Of a DNA stretch of 64,000 nucleotides, positions 14,476-25,106 are shown in pieces. This DNA comes from a bacterium (GTDB lineage Bacteria > UBA8248). Position 1 is the first letter of the stretch. Every line of letters starts with the position of its first letter. The stretch is from the NCBI GenBank assembly GCA_965261085.1, contig OZ253442.1, forward strand, positions 3,936,001-4,000,000, in the 5' to 3' direction. A model generated the notes under the pieces. It saw only the letters and a list, made by a program, of their open reading frames with translations. It ran no database searches and was not told where the DNA came from. The translations under genes and the position numbers were made by a program.

Positions 14476-15936
14476 TCAAGTCCTTCGCTTCCAGAGGGTG
14501 CCGTCGGGGCCGTCTTCCAGGATGATGCCGGCCGACGCGAGTTCTTCCCTGATCCGGTCGGCCTCCGGGAAATCCCTGTTCGAGCGCGCCTGGGCGCGCC
14601 TGTCCAGCAACTCTTCTATCTCCTCGTCACCCAAGGCCCCGTTTTGGGCTTCCTCTACGTCTGAGAGCGATGCGCTCGCGGCGCTTCGGAACCACTCCTC
14701 GGGCGCATGGGCGAACAGGCCCAGAACCGCGCCCACCTCCTCGAAGACGCCGCGCGCAAGCCCGGCCGCCGATTCGGGCAACGCGCCCGCCTCGTTGATG
14801 AAGCCGTTTATCCGGCGCGAGAAATCGAACAGATACCCCAGGGCGCGCGCGGTGTTGAAATCATCGTCCATGGCTTCCGTGAACTGGGCGCGGAAGGCGG
14901 CGACCGCCTCCTCCACCCGCTCGCGCCAGCCGCCGGAATCCTCCCCGCCGCTCCGGGCGAGCCTGAGCCGCACGTTGTAGAGCCTGTCCAGCCCTTTTCT
15001 CGCCTCGCCCACCACCTGATCCGAATAATCCACCGGATGCCTGTAGTGCGTACCCAGCAGGAAATAGCGGATCACCTCGGCGGGGTGATCATCGAGAATC
15101 GCCTTGATGGTGAAGAAGTTCCCCTTCGATTTGCTCATCTTCTCGTGGTTGATCTGCACGAAGCCGTTGTGCACCCAATAGCGCACCCAGTCGTGGCCGA
15201 AGCAGCCCTCGCTCTGCGCTATCTCGTTCTCATGGTGGGGAAACACCAGGTCCTCGCCCCCGCCGTGAATGTCGAATCGCTCACCCAGATAGCGGCTCGA
15301 CATGACGGAGCACTCGATGTGCCAACCGGGACGGCCTATCCCCCAGGGACTCTCCCAATCCGGCTCGCCGGGTTTCGCCGCCTTCCAGAGAGCGAAATCG
15401 AGCGGGCTGCGCTTGCCCTCGCCGGGCTCTATGCGGTGGCCCGCCTCGAGTTCTTCCGTATTGCGGCCCGAGAGCTTGCCGTAGCCCGAGAATTTCGCGA
15501 TGTCGTAATAGACGTTCCCCGCCATCTCGTAGGCGATTCCCTTCTCGATGAGCTTCTCGATCATCTCGATCATGCCCCCGATGTTCTCCGTGGCGCGCGG
15601 GGCGGCGTCCGCCCGCTGAACTCCGAGCTCATCCATGTCGACGTAGTATTCGCCAATAAACTTTTCTGTCAGTTCGCCGATGGGGATCTTCAGACGCCTG
15701 GCTCGGGCGATGATCTTGTCGTCCACGTCCGTGAAGTTGCACACGAAGCGAACCTCGTAGCCCCGGTATTCGAAATATCGGTGAATCACGTCGAAGACGA
15801 TGGCGGCGCGCGCATGCCCAAGATGACAATGGTCGTACACCGTCACCCCGCAGACGTACATCTTCACGCGCCCCGCTTCTAAGGGCTCGAAGGGCTCTTT
15901 TTTTCTCGTCAACGTGTTGTATAGCCGAAGACCCAA
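14476..15936 (-). CDS. cysS: Cysteine--tRNA ligase
   Basis: CGVTVYDHCHLGH, GRPGWHIECS, KMSKS. Confidence 0.99.
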   Translation of the reverse strand: MGLRLYNTLTRKKEPFEPLEAGRVKMYVCGVTVYDHCHLGHARAAIVFDVIHRYFEYRGYEVRFVCNFTDVDDKIIARARRLKIPIGELTEKFIGEYYVDMDELGVQRADAAPRATENIGGMIEMIEKLIEKGIAYEMAGNVYYDIAKFSGYGKLSGRNTEELEAGHRIEPGEGKRSPLDFALWKAAKPGEPDWESPWGIGRPGWHIECSVMSSRYLGERFDIHGGGEDLVFPHHENEIAQSEGCFGHDWVRYWVHNGFVQINHEKMSKSKGNFFTIKAILDDHPAEVIRYFLLGTHYRHPVDYSDQVVGEARKGLDRLYNVRLRLARSGGEDSGGWRERVEEAVAAFRAQFTEAMDDDFNTARALGYLFDFSRRINGFINEAGALPESAAGLARGVFEEVGAVLGLFAHAPEEWFRSAASASLSDVEEAQNGALGDEEIEELLDRRAQARSNRDFPEADRIREELASAGIILEDGPDGTLWKRRT

Positions 15937-16029
15937 ATGATTCTCTCCAGTATGCTCGCGGATGAGGGGGTGAAAAATATGTTTCAGGCTTCGTTCGGGC
16001 AGAAATTTGTCATGCCCCGCCGATGGGCG

Positions 16030-16512
16030 TCAAGGAGACTCCACGCTTATCGTGCAAACCGCCTGCGCCGCGACGCCCTCCTCGCGCCCCACGAAGCCGA
16101 GCCCCTCGCCCGTCGTCGCCTTGATTCCCACCCGATCGGGCGGAAGCCCAAGAATGGAGGAGATGACTTCGCGCATTTCAGGAATATGGGGGGCGAGCTT
16201 CGGTCTTTGCGCCACGACCACGGAATCCACGTTGTTCGGCTTCATGCCCCGCTCGGCAAGAAGCGCCACCACATCCGCCAGGAGCTTACGGCTGTCGGCG
16301 CCGCGATACGCCTCGTCCGTGTCGGGAAAGTGCGCGCCGATGTCGCCCAGGGCCGCCGCGCCCAACAATGCGTCGATGACCGCGTGGATCAGCGCATCGG
16401 CGTCGGAGTGTCCGATCAGACCCCGCTCGTGGGGAATCTCCACACCGCCGAGTATCAACTTGCGATCCGCCTCGAACCGGTGGACGTCATAGCCTATGCC
16501 GACGCGAATCAA
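16030..16512 (-). CDS. ispF: 2-C-methyl-D-erythritol 2,4-cyclodiphosphate synthase
   Basis: [23 protein letters not shown]. Confidence 0.98.
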   Translation of the reverse strand: MIRVGIGYDVHRFEADRKLILGGVEIPHERGLIGHSDADALIHAVIDALLGAAALGDIGAHFPDTDEAYRGADSRKLLADVVALLAERGMKPNNVDSVVVAQRPKLAPHIPEMREVISSILGLPPDRVGIKATTGEGLGFVGREEGVAAQAVCTISVESP

Positions 16513-17273
16513 GCGGATATTCCCTCTTGAGCATGTTTTTCAAGTTGCATCAATCGCGCCGCGCGCTCCATGTCCCCGAGCGTCGTCACCTTGATGTTCT
16601 GCGCGCTTCCTTCCACGAGCTTCACCCGAACGCCGATGGCCTCCAGCAGAGCCGCCTCGTCGGTTCCCTCGAAATCGTTTGCCTCGGCCCATTTCATCGC
16701 GCGCACAAGCAGTTCACGTTTCGCCACCTGGGGCGTCTGGGCGAGCCAGAGGCCCTCGCGCGGGCGCGTCTCCTCGATGAATCCCTCGCTATCTCCCATC
16801 TTCACCGTATCCACCACGCGGAGGGCCGCAATGCTCGCACCCGTCTCCGCCGCGCCTAGAAGGCATCTCTCCACCAGATCGGGCGTCACAAGGGGCCGCG
16901 CCCCATCGTGCACAACGACCCAGGAGACGTCATCCCCGAGGGCGGCGAGCCCGTTTTTCACCGAATCCTGACGGCGCGCTCCGCCTTCGACGACCTCGAC
17001 GGCCACACCCAAGCCATCGGGAAGATCGGGCGGGTCCGAGTCGGGAGGGACCGCTACGACGATCCGTCCGATGAGGCCCGCGCGTGCGATTCGCAAAAGA
17101 CAATGATGGAACAGGGGCTTCCCCACAAGACTTCTAAACTGTTTCGCCACCGCGCCGGGCAGACGCAAACCCCTGCCTGCGGCGGGAACGATGGCCGCCG
17201 TCTCATCCGGCTTCGGCAATTCGGGAGAAGAACGCGCGCTCTCAGGCGCCGGTTTGCGATAGTTCGGCTTCAT
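16509..17273 (-). CDS. ispD: 2-C-methyl-D-erythritol 4-phosphate cytidylyltransferase
   Basis: [28 protein letters not shown]. Confidence 0.96.
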   Translation of the reverse strand: MKPNYRKPAPESARSSPELPKPDETAAIVPAAGRGLRLPGAVAKQFRSLVGKPLFHHCLLRIARAGLIGRIVVAVPPDSDPPDLPDGLGVAVEVVEGGARRQDSVKNGLAALGDDVSWVVVHDGARPLVTPDLVERCLLGAAETGASIAALRVVDTVKMGDSEGFIEETRPREGLWLAQTPQVAKRELLVRAMKWAEANDFEGTDEAALLEAIGVRVKLVEGSAQNIKVTTLGDMERAARLMQLEKHAQEGISA

Positions 17274-18321
17274 CTCGTATTTTCGTAAAAATCATCCGCC
17301 CGGCGGTGGTCTGCAGTACGCTCGTCACGGAGACGGGGATTTGCTCGCCGATGCGATGCTTCGCATGGTCCACCACCACCATGGTTCCATCGTCGAGATA
17401 GGCGACGCCCTGATTGTGTTCCTTGCCCTCCTTGATGACGAACACGCTCATGTCCTCACCGGGCAGAACGACCGGCTTCACCGCGTTCGCCAGTTCGTTG
17501 ATGTTGAGAACCCGCACTCCCTGGAGCTCGGCCACCTTATTCAAGTTGAAATCGTTGGTCATCACCTTGCCGCATATCTCCTTGCCCAGGAGCACGAGCT
17601 TGGTGTCCACCTCCTTCACGCGGGGGAAATCCGTCTCCACAATGTGGATGTCGAGGTCCTGGTTCTGCTGAATCCGCTGTAGGACGTCGAGGCCGCGGCG
17701 TCCACGGTTTCGTTTCAGGGAATCAGAGGAATCTGCGATCTGCTGCAATTCCTTGAGCACGAACTGGGGCACTACCATGGGACCCTCGATGAAGCCCGCC
17801 TCGCAGATGTCGGCGATGCGTCCGTCGATGATGACGCTGGTGTCGAGAATCTTGGCGTGATGGTGCTTCTTGGCGCTCGGATCTTGCTCTTCAGTAGAGA
17901 GAGGCGGTGAATACCTCTTGCCCGCCACCGACCCGAGAACGACGCCCAGAGCGCTGAGGAGCAAACCCATAGCGGCGGCGGCCAAGGGGCGGACGTTTTG
18001 CGGAAAAACCTCATCGATGAGAGCGCAGAGCAGCAAGGAGGCCAAAAGGCCGAAGAGCAGGCCGGCAGCCCCGCCGGCCAGAACGCCGATTTTGAGCTTG
18101 CCGAGTTCCCTCGCGAACGCCAGCAACAAAACGCCCGCCACAGCGCCTCCGGCCAAACCTGACATTCGGCTCGGCGCGAGCAAGGCTTCGGCGATCGCCG
18201 CGCCCAAAACACTGCAAAGAATGATAAAAAGAGCGCCCAGAATCAAGCCCAGGCGGCTCGTTCCTTCCTTTTTCTCCGGCGGTATCTTTTCCACCGGTAT
18301 CTTTTGGGTGGGTTCATTCAT
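17242..18321 (-). CDS. PIN/TRAM domain membrane protein (YacL family)
   Basis: N-terminal TM helices; [35 protein letters not shown]; usual position before ispDF. Confidence 0.93.
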   Translation of the reverse strand: MNEPTQKIPVEKIPPEKKEGTSRLGLILGALFIILCSVLGAAIAEALLAPSRMSGLAGGAVAGVLLLAFARELGKLKIGVLAGGAAGLLFGLLASLLLCALIDEVFPQNVRPLAAAAMGLLLSALGVVLGSVAGKRYSPPLSTEEQDPSAKKHHHAKILDTSVIIDGRIADICEAGFIEGPMVVPQFVLKELQQIADSSDSLKRNRGRRGLDVLQRIQQNQDLDIHIVETDFPRVKEVDTKLVLLGKEICGKVMTNDFNLNKVAELQGVRVLNINELANAVKPVVLPGEDMSVFVIKEGKEHNQGVAYLDDGTMVVVDHAKHRIGEQIPVSVTSVLQTTAGRMIFTKIRDEAELSQTGA

Positions 18322-18523
18322 ATATATATCCCTCGCAATATCTCATACGATTAAAACAACAATGACATATTAAGATAACCTTGCTTCGTCATGGTTTCGG
18401 GCGGAATTCAAAACGCCTCAGGTGATGAAATGCCCGGCTCAGGACATGTCACCTCCGGCGTCGGGCAAAGGGCGAAAGCGAATCAGGCGCGTGGTCCCCA
18501 AAATGAAGACATATGAAAAACGA

Positions 18524-19009
18524 TTACTCTCCTTCCAGAATGAAATCCCCGCTCTTTCCACCCGTCTTCCTCGTCAGCCGGATTCCCGAGAGCACCATAT
18601 CCTTGTCCACCGCCTTGCACATGTCGTAGACGGTCAGGCCCGCTACGCTCACGGCGGTCAGGGCTTCCATCTCTACGCCCGTTCTGTCGTGCGCGCGCAC
18701 GGCTGCCTCGATGCGAAGCAGGCCGAGCGGCTCATCCGCCGAGAAGTCTACCTCTACACTCGATATGCGCAGCGGATGACACATCGGGATGAGGTTCGCG
18801 CACTGTTTGGCCGCCATGACGCCGGCGATGCGCGCCGTGCCCAGCACGTCGCCCTTGGGCAGGCCGCCGGTGAGGATGAGGCTCAGGGTTTCGGGCGCCA
18901 TCTCCAGACGACCGCGCGCCACGGCCTCGCGGCGGGTAATTTCCTTCTCCCCGACGTCCACCATCCTGGCGTGGCCCTGCTCGTCGATATGTGTGAGTTC
19001 CTGGGGCAC
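18524..19009 (-). CDS. moaC: Cyclic pyranopterin monophosphate synthase MoaC
   Basis: [41 protein letters not shown]. Confidence 0.97.
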   Translation of the reverse strand: MPQELTHIDEQGHARMVDVGEKEITRREAVARGRLEMAPETLSLILTGGLPKGDVLGTARIAGVMAAKQCANLIPMCHPLRISSVEVDFSADEPLGLLRIEAAVRAHDRTGVEMEALTAVSVAGLTVYDMCKAVDKDMVLSGIRLTRKTGGKSGDFILEGE

Positions 19010-19368
19010 CGATAACGCCTCCCGGCAGACCAAGTGGAGCGGACGGTTCCACCTTTTGGGACAAATTACATGGGATCATCATACAACAGGAGCGTGAAAC
19101 ATCAAAGGAAAAGAAACAAGGGGTTTTGGAGGTGGGGAGTGTTTAGGCATCACCTTGGGAATAGCTATTAGAGAGAGGATTGGCATTGACTCTTGAAATG
19201 CGCCATTATTAGAAAAACACGAGGTGGAGTTAATATAAGAAAGCGAGGGCGACTACATAAGTCATATCGCGCCGCCGTTTCTGATAATTAGGTGGATGAA
19301 CTCCGCGCCGAGAAGATGACAGAACTCCTCGGCAGTGGCACCATGACCATTGTGGAGGTAACGGTGTG

Positions 19369-20364
19369 ATGGCACAAGCGGACCTAATTATCAAGCTGAT
19401 TAAAAGCGCGAGCAACGCTGACCAAGTTGCTTTCCAAAAGGCAGCAGAGGATTTAATCGCGGAAGAAAAACGTAAAGGTCACCGCATTCTAGCGGATAGG
19501 ATGTATAAAGCACTGCGTCCTGCGCGCAATGGCAACGCCAAGCAGACTATAAATAGAGCACAAAGGCCACAGGACGAATTGTTTTATGAAATCATTCCTG
19601 AGCGGGAACTCAAGGGGCTGTTTTTGCCTCCCATTGTTGAAGAACAGATACGCGAAGTGATTGAGGAACAACACCGCTCGGAATTACTCCATTCATACAA
19701 CTTAAAAGCGAGACATCGCCTCCTATTTACGGGGCCACCAGGCAACGGAAAAACCACTCTTGCGGAAGCTCTCGCTTTTGAATTGATGTATCCGTTGATC
19801 GTAATCCGTTATGAATCCCTCATCGGGAGTTACCTAGGTGAGACATCAAGCCGCATCAAAAATGTTCTCGAGTATGCAAAAACCCAACGCTGCGTATTGT
19901 TCTTCGATGAATTTGAAACCTTGGGGAAAGAGCGTGGCGATACCCGCGAAACAGGAGAAATAAAGCGCATCGTCAGTTCCCTGCTGTTGCAAACAGACGC
20001 ATTACCGGATTATGTCGTGTTGGTGGCAGCCAGTAACCACCCTGAACTATTAGACAGGGCCGTGTGGCGCAGGTTCCAAGTGAAAGTGGAGCTTCCCCGC
20101 CCCAGTCGCAAGCAGTTGTGCGTGATGATTGATTCAATTACAAAACGCTGCGGAACAAATTTTGGCTACGCTGCCGAAACGCTGGCAAAAGCCTTATTGG
20201 GCAGCAGCTATGCGGAAACCGAGCAGTTTTGTCTGGATGTTGTGCGCCGCGCTGTATTGTTGCATCAAAATGACAATGCGAAAAAAATCACTGAACGCAA
20301 ACTCAAGCAGTTGAAAGCTCAAGTAGGACCTGCTTCAAATGAAGAATCGATAAATGGCGGATAG
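19369..20364 (+). CDS. AAA+ ATPase (IetA-like)
   Basis: Walker A GPPGNGKT, Walker B FFDEFE, LDRAVWRRF; overlaps the downstream S8 gene; AT-rich. Confidence 0.88.
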   Translation: MAQADLIIKLIKSASNADQVAFQKAAEDLIAEEKRKGHRILADRMYKALRPARNGNAKQTINRAQRPQDELFYEIIPERELKGLFLPPIVEEQIREVIEEQHRSELLHSYNLKARHRLLFTGPPGNGKTTLAEALAFELMYPLIVIRYESLIGSYLGETSSRIKNVLEYAKTQRCVLFFDEFETLGKERGDTRETGEIKRIVSSLLLQTDALPDYVVLVAASNHPELLDRAVWRRFQVKVELPRPSRKQLCVMIDSITKRCGTNFGYAAETLAKALLGSSYAETEQFCLDVVRRAVLLHQNDNAKKITERKLKQLKAQVGPASNEESINGG

Positions 20365-23134
20365 GCTTCCACTTTTAATCTTCCCCCAACCCAGAGCATT
20401 CAGCCCACCCGGAGGTCGGGGGTTCCCACCCCGAAAACCTCACTACCCCGGCCATGCTCGACAAATCGAGCGGGTGAGTGAACAACTTGCTCAGTTGGAA
20501 GAGGACTTCTCCCGCTATAAAGCTATGGTCAGCGAAGGTGTGGCCGGACTTGAACCGGAAACAGTGCTGGTTATTGAAATTGTCGGGAGAGTCGAAGATT
20601 TCAAACAAGCGATTGACAATACCGATGGACTGGAATGGCTCGGAGAATGGGACATTGAGGAAATCGAGCCTGATGAAGATTTTTATGAAATCCCGACAAT
20701 TGGTGTATCTTTTTTCAAGAACAAAATAAATATCACCAAAGAAAAATCAAAAGAAATCAAGAAAGCCCTCGAACAATGCGAAATTATAGATGATAAAGGA
20801 AATCTAATTACAGAGGATTTATCAAAACTATCATTGCCTGCTGATTTGGCATCCCTTGAGAACGATATCGTCGACAGTATAACCAACGCCCTTAAAGATA
20901 AGTCGCTGGATGGCCGATTATTTCTGTCCATGGTCAATCAACAAGGCATGGATGAACTATTGTCGCTCTGGAAGAAGCAGGAACAAGAACGGCAGGTCCC
21001 GGCCAAATGGCGTGATGTTTTCAAATGTCTGAAGAAAATCAGGCGCTGGGGCATAAAAGAAACTTTGATTGAAACGGGTATGAAAGAATACTTTGAAAAT
21101 TTCCTGGACGATCAAACAGCCAGTTTTCAAGTTGAATGTTTTTACCACCAGAATGAGGCTACGCGCAGAAGAGTTGAAAGCAACATAAACCAATTGATAA
21201 GTGATTCCGGTGGTGAATTGCTCAGCCCTTTTATTGATATGCCCGACATTGCATTTCATGCTGTAAAGGCCCGCTTGCCTGTTGCTCAAATCAAAGCATT
21301 GATGGAAAAAACGGAAAAAGAAACAGAGAATCCACATCTTTTTATCTACCCAAATGTAATGTATTTTCGGCAAACGGGACAAAACATTATTTCCACCGCC
21401 GAGGGTGATGGAGAGGAAGCAGAATATCCCCAAACAGAAGCGGAACAGCCACCTGTAGCCGCTATTCTGGACGGCGCACCCAATTTGCAACATAACGCAT
21501 TAGAAAATTTCATTGATTTTGATGACCCCTTTAATTTGACGGAAAAGTATCTGCCGGGTGAACGCCGACATGGAACGGCGATGGCCTCACTGGTGATTCA
21601 TGGTGATCGCTCAGATGAGACAACCAGCCCGATTCTCAGCAAAGTGCATCATGTGGTAATTACGCAGCCAAACGAACAGAGAAGATATTTAGGCGAGAAG
21701 GATGAACATTTCCCCGAAGACTGCTTCTTCGAAGACAGAATAGAGCAGGCTGTGCGCCGTATATTAGAGGGTGATGGCCAAGTGGAAGCCCTAGCACCTA
21801 CCGTCAAGATCGTCAATTTGTCCCTGGGTGATCCAACTCGCCTGTTTATTCATACGCCCAGCCCCTGGGCAAGATTGCTCGACTGGCTCTCATGGAAATA
21901 TCGTGTTCTGTTTTGCGTCAGCGCCGGCAATTATACCGGTAACTACGACTTCGGCATTCCTTATTCTGAATATCTAGGGAATAGAGACGAAGAAAAAAAA
22001 CGCCTATTACTGCAGGCTATACAGAACGGGTTATCCGAGAGACGCTTACTTGCCCCCGCAGAGTCTATCAATGCACTCACCGTAGGCGCCTTGCACCAAG
22101 ATGAAAGTGGGGATGACTATCATTTGGGACAGCGAGTTAATTTGTTGCCAGACAACAACTTGCTAAGCCCGATATCGCGTTTGGGCCACGGTTTCAGACG
22201 ATCTGTTAAACCTGAAATTTACTTTCCGGGTGGACGGCAGCTATATTCGAAACCCCTTTTATCAACCGACAGTAACTTTGGCATCGATAACGCCACCAGG
22301 GAGCCAGGCCAAAAAGTTGCGTATGATAGTGACCAACAAGGAGAATTATCCAGATATGTGTTTAGCAGGGGGACGAGTAATGCGACCGCTTTGGCAACAC
22401 GGACTGGTGTACTAATTCATGAGAGCTTGAGTCAATTAAACACCGAAAACCAAAGACGAATTCCTGACGATTCAATGGCCGTGCTAATAAAAACCTTGTT
22501 AGTACATGGCGGCGTACAGAACAGAGAAGCCCAGCAAGCCCTCATAAACTTAAACAACCAGAGCAACACACGAAAATCAAAAACTGATTTGGCACGATAT
22601 CTAGGCTATGGGACAGTGGATATAGCGCGAGCATTAGGCTGCACTGAACAACGTGGGACCGTTATTGGATTCAGTGAAATAGGAACCGATGAAATTCACG
22701 AATACCGCTTCCCTGTTCCCGAGGAATTTGGCGGGCAGAAAACTTTTCGTCGCATGATAGTCACGCTTGCGTGGTTCACTCCCATCAACCCAAGGCATCG
22801 ATATCTCAGGGAAGCAAAACTAGAGATACAATCGAGCGAAAAATGGGGCGATACACCTTTGGAGCTTAATCGCACCGATGGCGATCATTATCAGGTTAAA
22901 CGCGGCACGGTTCAGCATGAGATATTAGAAGGGGAAGACCAATTAGCGGCGTTTCTAGAAGATGAAGAAATCGTTTTACGGGTTACCTGTAAAAAAGACG
23001 CTACCGAAAGTTTGGAAGATTCCATACCCTATGGCTTGGCTGTAACACTCGAAGCTGCTGAAGAAAGCAATATACCTGTCTACGAAAAAATCAGGGAACG
23101 ATTATCTGCACAAATAGTAATCCCTACATCCTAA
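20354..23134 (+). CDS. S8 subtilase-like serine protease (IetS/y4bN-like)
   Basis: Triad motifs ILDG, HGTAMAS, GTSNAT; SAGN oxyanion motif; PAESINALTVGA; no signal peptide. Confidence 0.88.
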   Translation: MADRLPLLIFPQPRAFSPPGGRGFPPRKPHYPGHARQIERVSEQLAQLEEDFSRYKAMVSEGVAGLEPETVLVIEIVGRVEDFKQAIDNTDGLEWLGEWDIEEIEPDEDFYEIPTIGVSFFKNKINITKEKSKEIKKALEQCEIIDDKGNLITEDLSKLSLPADLASLENDIVDSITNALKDKSLDGRLFLSMVNQQGMDELLSLWKKQEQERQVPAKWRDVFKCLKKIRRWGIKETLIETGMKEYFENFLDDQTASFQVECFYHQNEATRRRVESNINQLISDSGGELLSPFIDMPDIAFHAVKARLPVAQIKALMEKTEKETENPHLFIYPNVMYFRQTGQNIISTAEGDGEEAEYPQTEAEQPPVAAILDGAPNLQHNALENFIDFDDPFNLTEKYLPGERRHGTAMASLVIHGDRSDETTSPILSKVHHVVITQPNEQRRYLGEKDEHFPEDCFFEDRIEQAVRRILEGDGQVEALAPTVKIVNLSLGDPTRLFIHTPSPWARLLDWLSWKYRVLFCVSAGNYTGNYDFGIPYSEYLGNRDEEKKRLLLQAIQNGLSERRLLAPAESINALTVGALHQDESGDDYHLGQRVNLLPDNNLLSPISRLGHGFRRSVKPEIYFPGGRQLYSKPLLSTDSNFGIDNATREPGQKVAYDSDQQGELSRYVFSRGTSNATALATRTGVLIHESLSQLNTENQRRIPDDSMAVLIKTLLVHGGVQNREAQQALINLNNQSNTRKSKTDLARYLGYGTVDIARALGCTEQRGTVIGFSEIGTDEIHEYRFPVPEEFGGQKTFRRMIVTLAWFTPINPRHRYLREAKLEIQSSEKWGDTPLELNRTDGDHYQVKRGTVQHEILEGEDQLAAFLEDEEIVLRVTCKKDATESLEDSIPYGLAVTLEAAEESNIPVYEKIRERLSAQIVIPTS

Positions 23135-23178
23135 CCTTCTAACAAGCAATCCTATATAGTATCTCCATCCGCCCCACC

Positions 23179-23733
23179 CTACAGCTTCGCGAGTGTGAGG
23201 CCCTGTTGTTTCTGGTACTTGCCCTTCTTGTCGGCGTAGGAGATCTCGCACTCCTCGTCGCTCTCGAAGAACAGCACCTGCGCGATGCCCTCGTTCGCGT
23301 ATATCTTGGCGGGCAGGGGCGTGGTGTTCGACACCTCGAGGGTGGCGAAGCCCTCCCATTCCGGTTCGAAGGGCGTGACGTTGACGATGATGCCGCAGCG
23401 CGCGTAGGTGCTCTTGCCGACGCAGACGGTGAGCACGCTTCTGGGGATGCGGAAATACTCCACCGTCTTGGCGAGGACGAAGGAATTGGGCGGGATGATG
23501 CAGGTATCGGCCTTGACGTGGATGAGCGAGCGCTCGTCGAAATTTTTGGGATCCACGATCGTCGAGTTCACGTTCGTGAAGATCATGAACTCATCGGCGA
23601 TGCGGATGTCGTACCCATAGGAGGAGACGCCGTAGGAGATGGCGCCATCGCGCACCTGTTTGTCCTCGAAGGGCTCGATCATGCCGTGCTCGCGCGACAT
23701 CTTCGATATCCACTTGTCTGATTTGATCGACAT
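23179..23733 (-). CDS. dcd: dCTP deaminase
   Basis: [32 protein letters not shown]; start trimmed. Confidence 0.97.
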   Translation of the reverse strand: MSIKSDKWISKMSREHGMIEPFEDKQVRDGAISYGVSSYGYDIRIADEFMIFTNVNSTIVDPKNFDERSLIHVKADTCIIPPNSFVLAKTVEYFRIPRSVLTVCVGKSTYARCGIIVNVTPFEPEWEGFATLEVSNTTPLPAKIYANEGIAQVLFFESDEECEISYADKKGKYQKQQGLTLAKL

Positions 23734-23840
23734 CGCGTGAACTCCGTCTGGCCGGGCGCAGGGTAAAACCCGGATTCCTCCCGAAACTGCAAACCCGAAA
23801 ACGATGAATTCGCAATGTTTCGGGGATGAAATTCCCGGAC

Positions 23841-24062
23841 ATATAATATCTGGGGGCGAGAGGAGACCAACTCCCCCCACCCCCAGATGACCGCCCCTGT
23901 CCGCCCGAAACGGGGGCGATCCGACAAGCGCTTCTCCTGTTCGAAACACGAGAGATGCGCTTGGGATTCTCTCTAACCACCATGTTTCGAGGGAGATTAT
24001 ATAAACACAAGATATAGTGCCCCGTCAACGATTTTTTTACTCAAAAACACCATTTGTTGTGG
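23841..24062. promoter_or_regulatory. NrdR-box-like palindromes upstream of dcd
   Basis: ACACAAGATATAGTGC (24005-24020), ACACCATTTGTTGTGG (24047-24062) and ATATAATATCTGGGGG (23841-23856) versus consensus acaCwAtATaTwGtgt; the first overlaps a minus-strand TTGACG -35. Confidence 0.6.
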
Positions 24063-24121
24063 ATAGGCCGTGCAAGTCCTGGGGATACCCAGGGGAGAAA
24101 CTGTGGAAAAAATGTGAATAG
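24058..24121 (+). promoter_or_regulatory. Cluster of DnaA-box-like 9-mers
   Basis: TGTGGATAG, TGGGGATAC, TGTGGAAAA and TGTGAATAG, all in the same orientation within 64 bp. Confidence 0.55.
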
Positions 24122-24146
24122 CGCGCGACGCCGGCCGCGCGCCCGT

Positions 24147-24995
24147 TTATCTGAACCGATCCGCATGCACCTTGACCTTTGCTCCCTCGCTTAAGCGCCT
24201 GAGCAGAGCCTCGTATCTCTCGCTTCGCTTGAGCTCTGAATAAACGAGCTTTACGTCGTCCTTGACGTCCTCATACTTCGCATCCGCAGCCCCTACGCGC
24301 TCGAGCACGCGAATCAACTGCCAGCCGACGGAGGTTCGAATCGGATCGCTCGGCTGGCCGATGGGCAATTTGAACGCCACGTCTTCGAGCGCCTTGTCCA
24401 ACGCTCCCCGCTCGGCGGTACCCATCATCCCGCCCGAGTCGCGCGTACCCTCGAAGATGGAACTATGCCTCGCCACCTGCGCGAAAGGCGTCCCTTTTCT
24501 CAATTCGGCGACGGCGTCCCACGCCTCTTTTTCGGTTTTAAGCACGATGTGGGCGAGGGTGACCGACTCCCTGCGGCGGAACCGCTCCTTGTTGGCGAGG
24601 AAAAAATCGCGCAACTGCTGCTCGGACGCTCCCGCCGCCTCCGCGTCGCGTCTCAGGCACTCCTCGATGACGAGCCTTCGCTTCAGGCGCTCGATCCGTT
24701 TTCGGATCTGGGGGGATCCATCTATTTTCTGGCGAACCGCTTCCTGATACAGGAGTTCCCCCTGCACGAGGCCTTCGAGGAACCGTCCCTTGTTCTGGCG
24801 AATGCGGATGCGCACGGCGGGAGCGAGTTCTCTGAGCCTGGCTTCAATTTCTCCCAAGGTGATTTTCTTCTCGTTCACCTCGATGACGACCTGGTCCAAA
24901 TCTTTCATGGAGAGGTCGCCTTTCTTGCTCGCCCCTTCGGCGCCAAGACCTCCGAACAACACGATCGCCGCGATCAGCGCAAATATTTTTTTCAT
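24147..24995 (-). CDS. PpiC/parvulin-type peptidyl-prolyl isomerase, exported
   Basis: Signal peptide MKKIFAL; LAHIVL, FAQVARHSS, SDPIRTSVGWQLIRV. Confidence 0.88.
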   Translation of the reverse strand: MKKIFALIAAIVLFGGLGAEGASKKGDLSMKDLDQVVIEVNEKKITLGEIEARLRELAPAVRIRIRQNKGRFLEGLVQGELLYQEAVRQKIDGSPQIRKRIERLKRRLVIEECLRRDAEAAGASEQQLRDFFLANKERFRRRESVTLAHIVLKTEKEAWDAVAELRKGTPFAQVARHSSIFEGTRDSGGMMGTAERGALDKALEDVAFKLPIGQPSDPIRTSVGWQLIRVLERVGAADAKYEDVKDDVKLVYSELKRSERYEALLRRLSEGAKVKVHADRFR

Positions 24996-25106
24996 ACCCG
25001 TCTCATTCCTCTTCACTGTGAATCCCGAAAACAATCTCGAAAAATCAACACTTAATATACCGGTAAACGGCGGCGAGCGAAAATTGTTTTTCCGGGCCGG
25101 ACATCC

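Noticed and set aside
19289-19291. In-frame TAG upstream of ietA as pyrrolysine
   Set aside because: No intact ORF or methylamine methyltransferase context; decay explains it better.
24058-24121. DnaA boxes as a replication origin
   Set aside because: No dnaA/dnaN/gidA context and no clear AT-rich unwinding element; a regulatory role is more likely.
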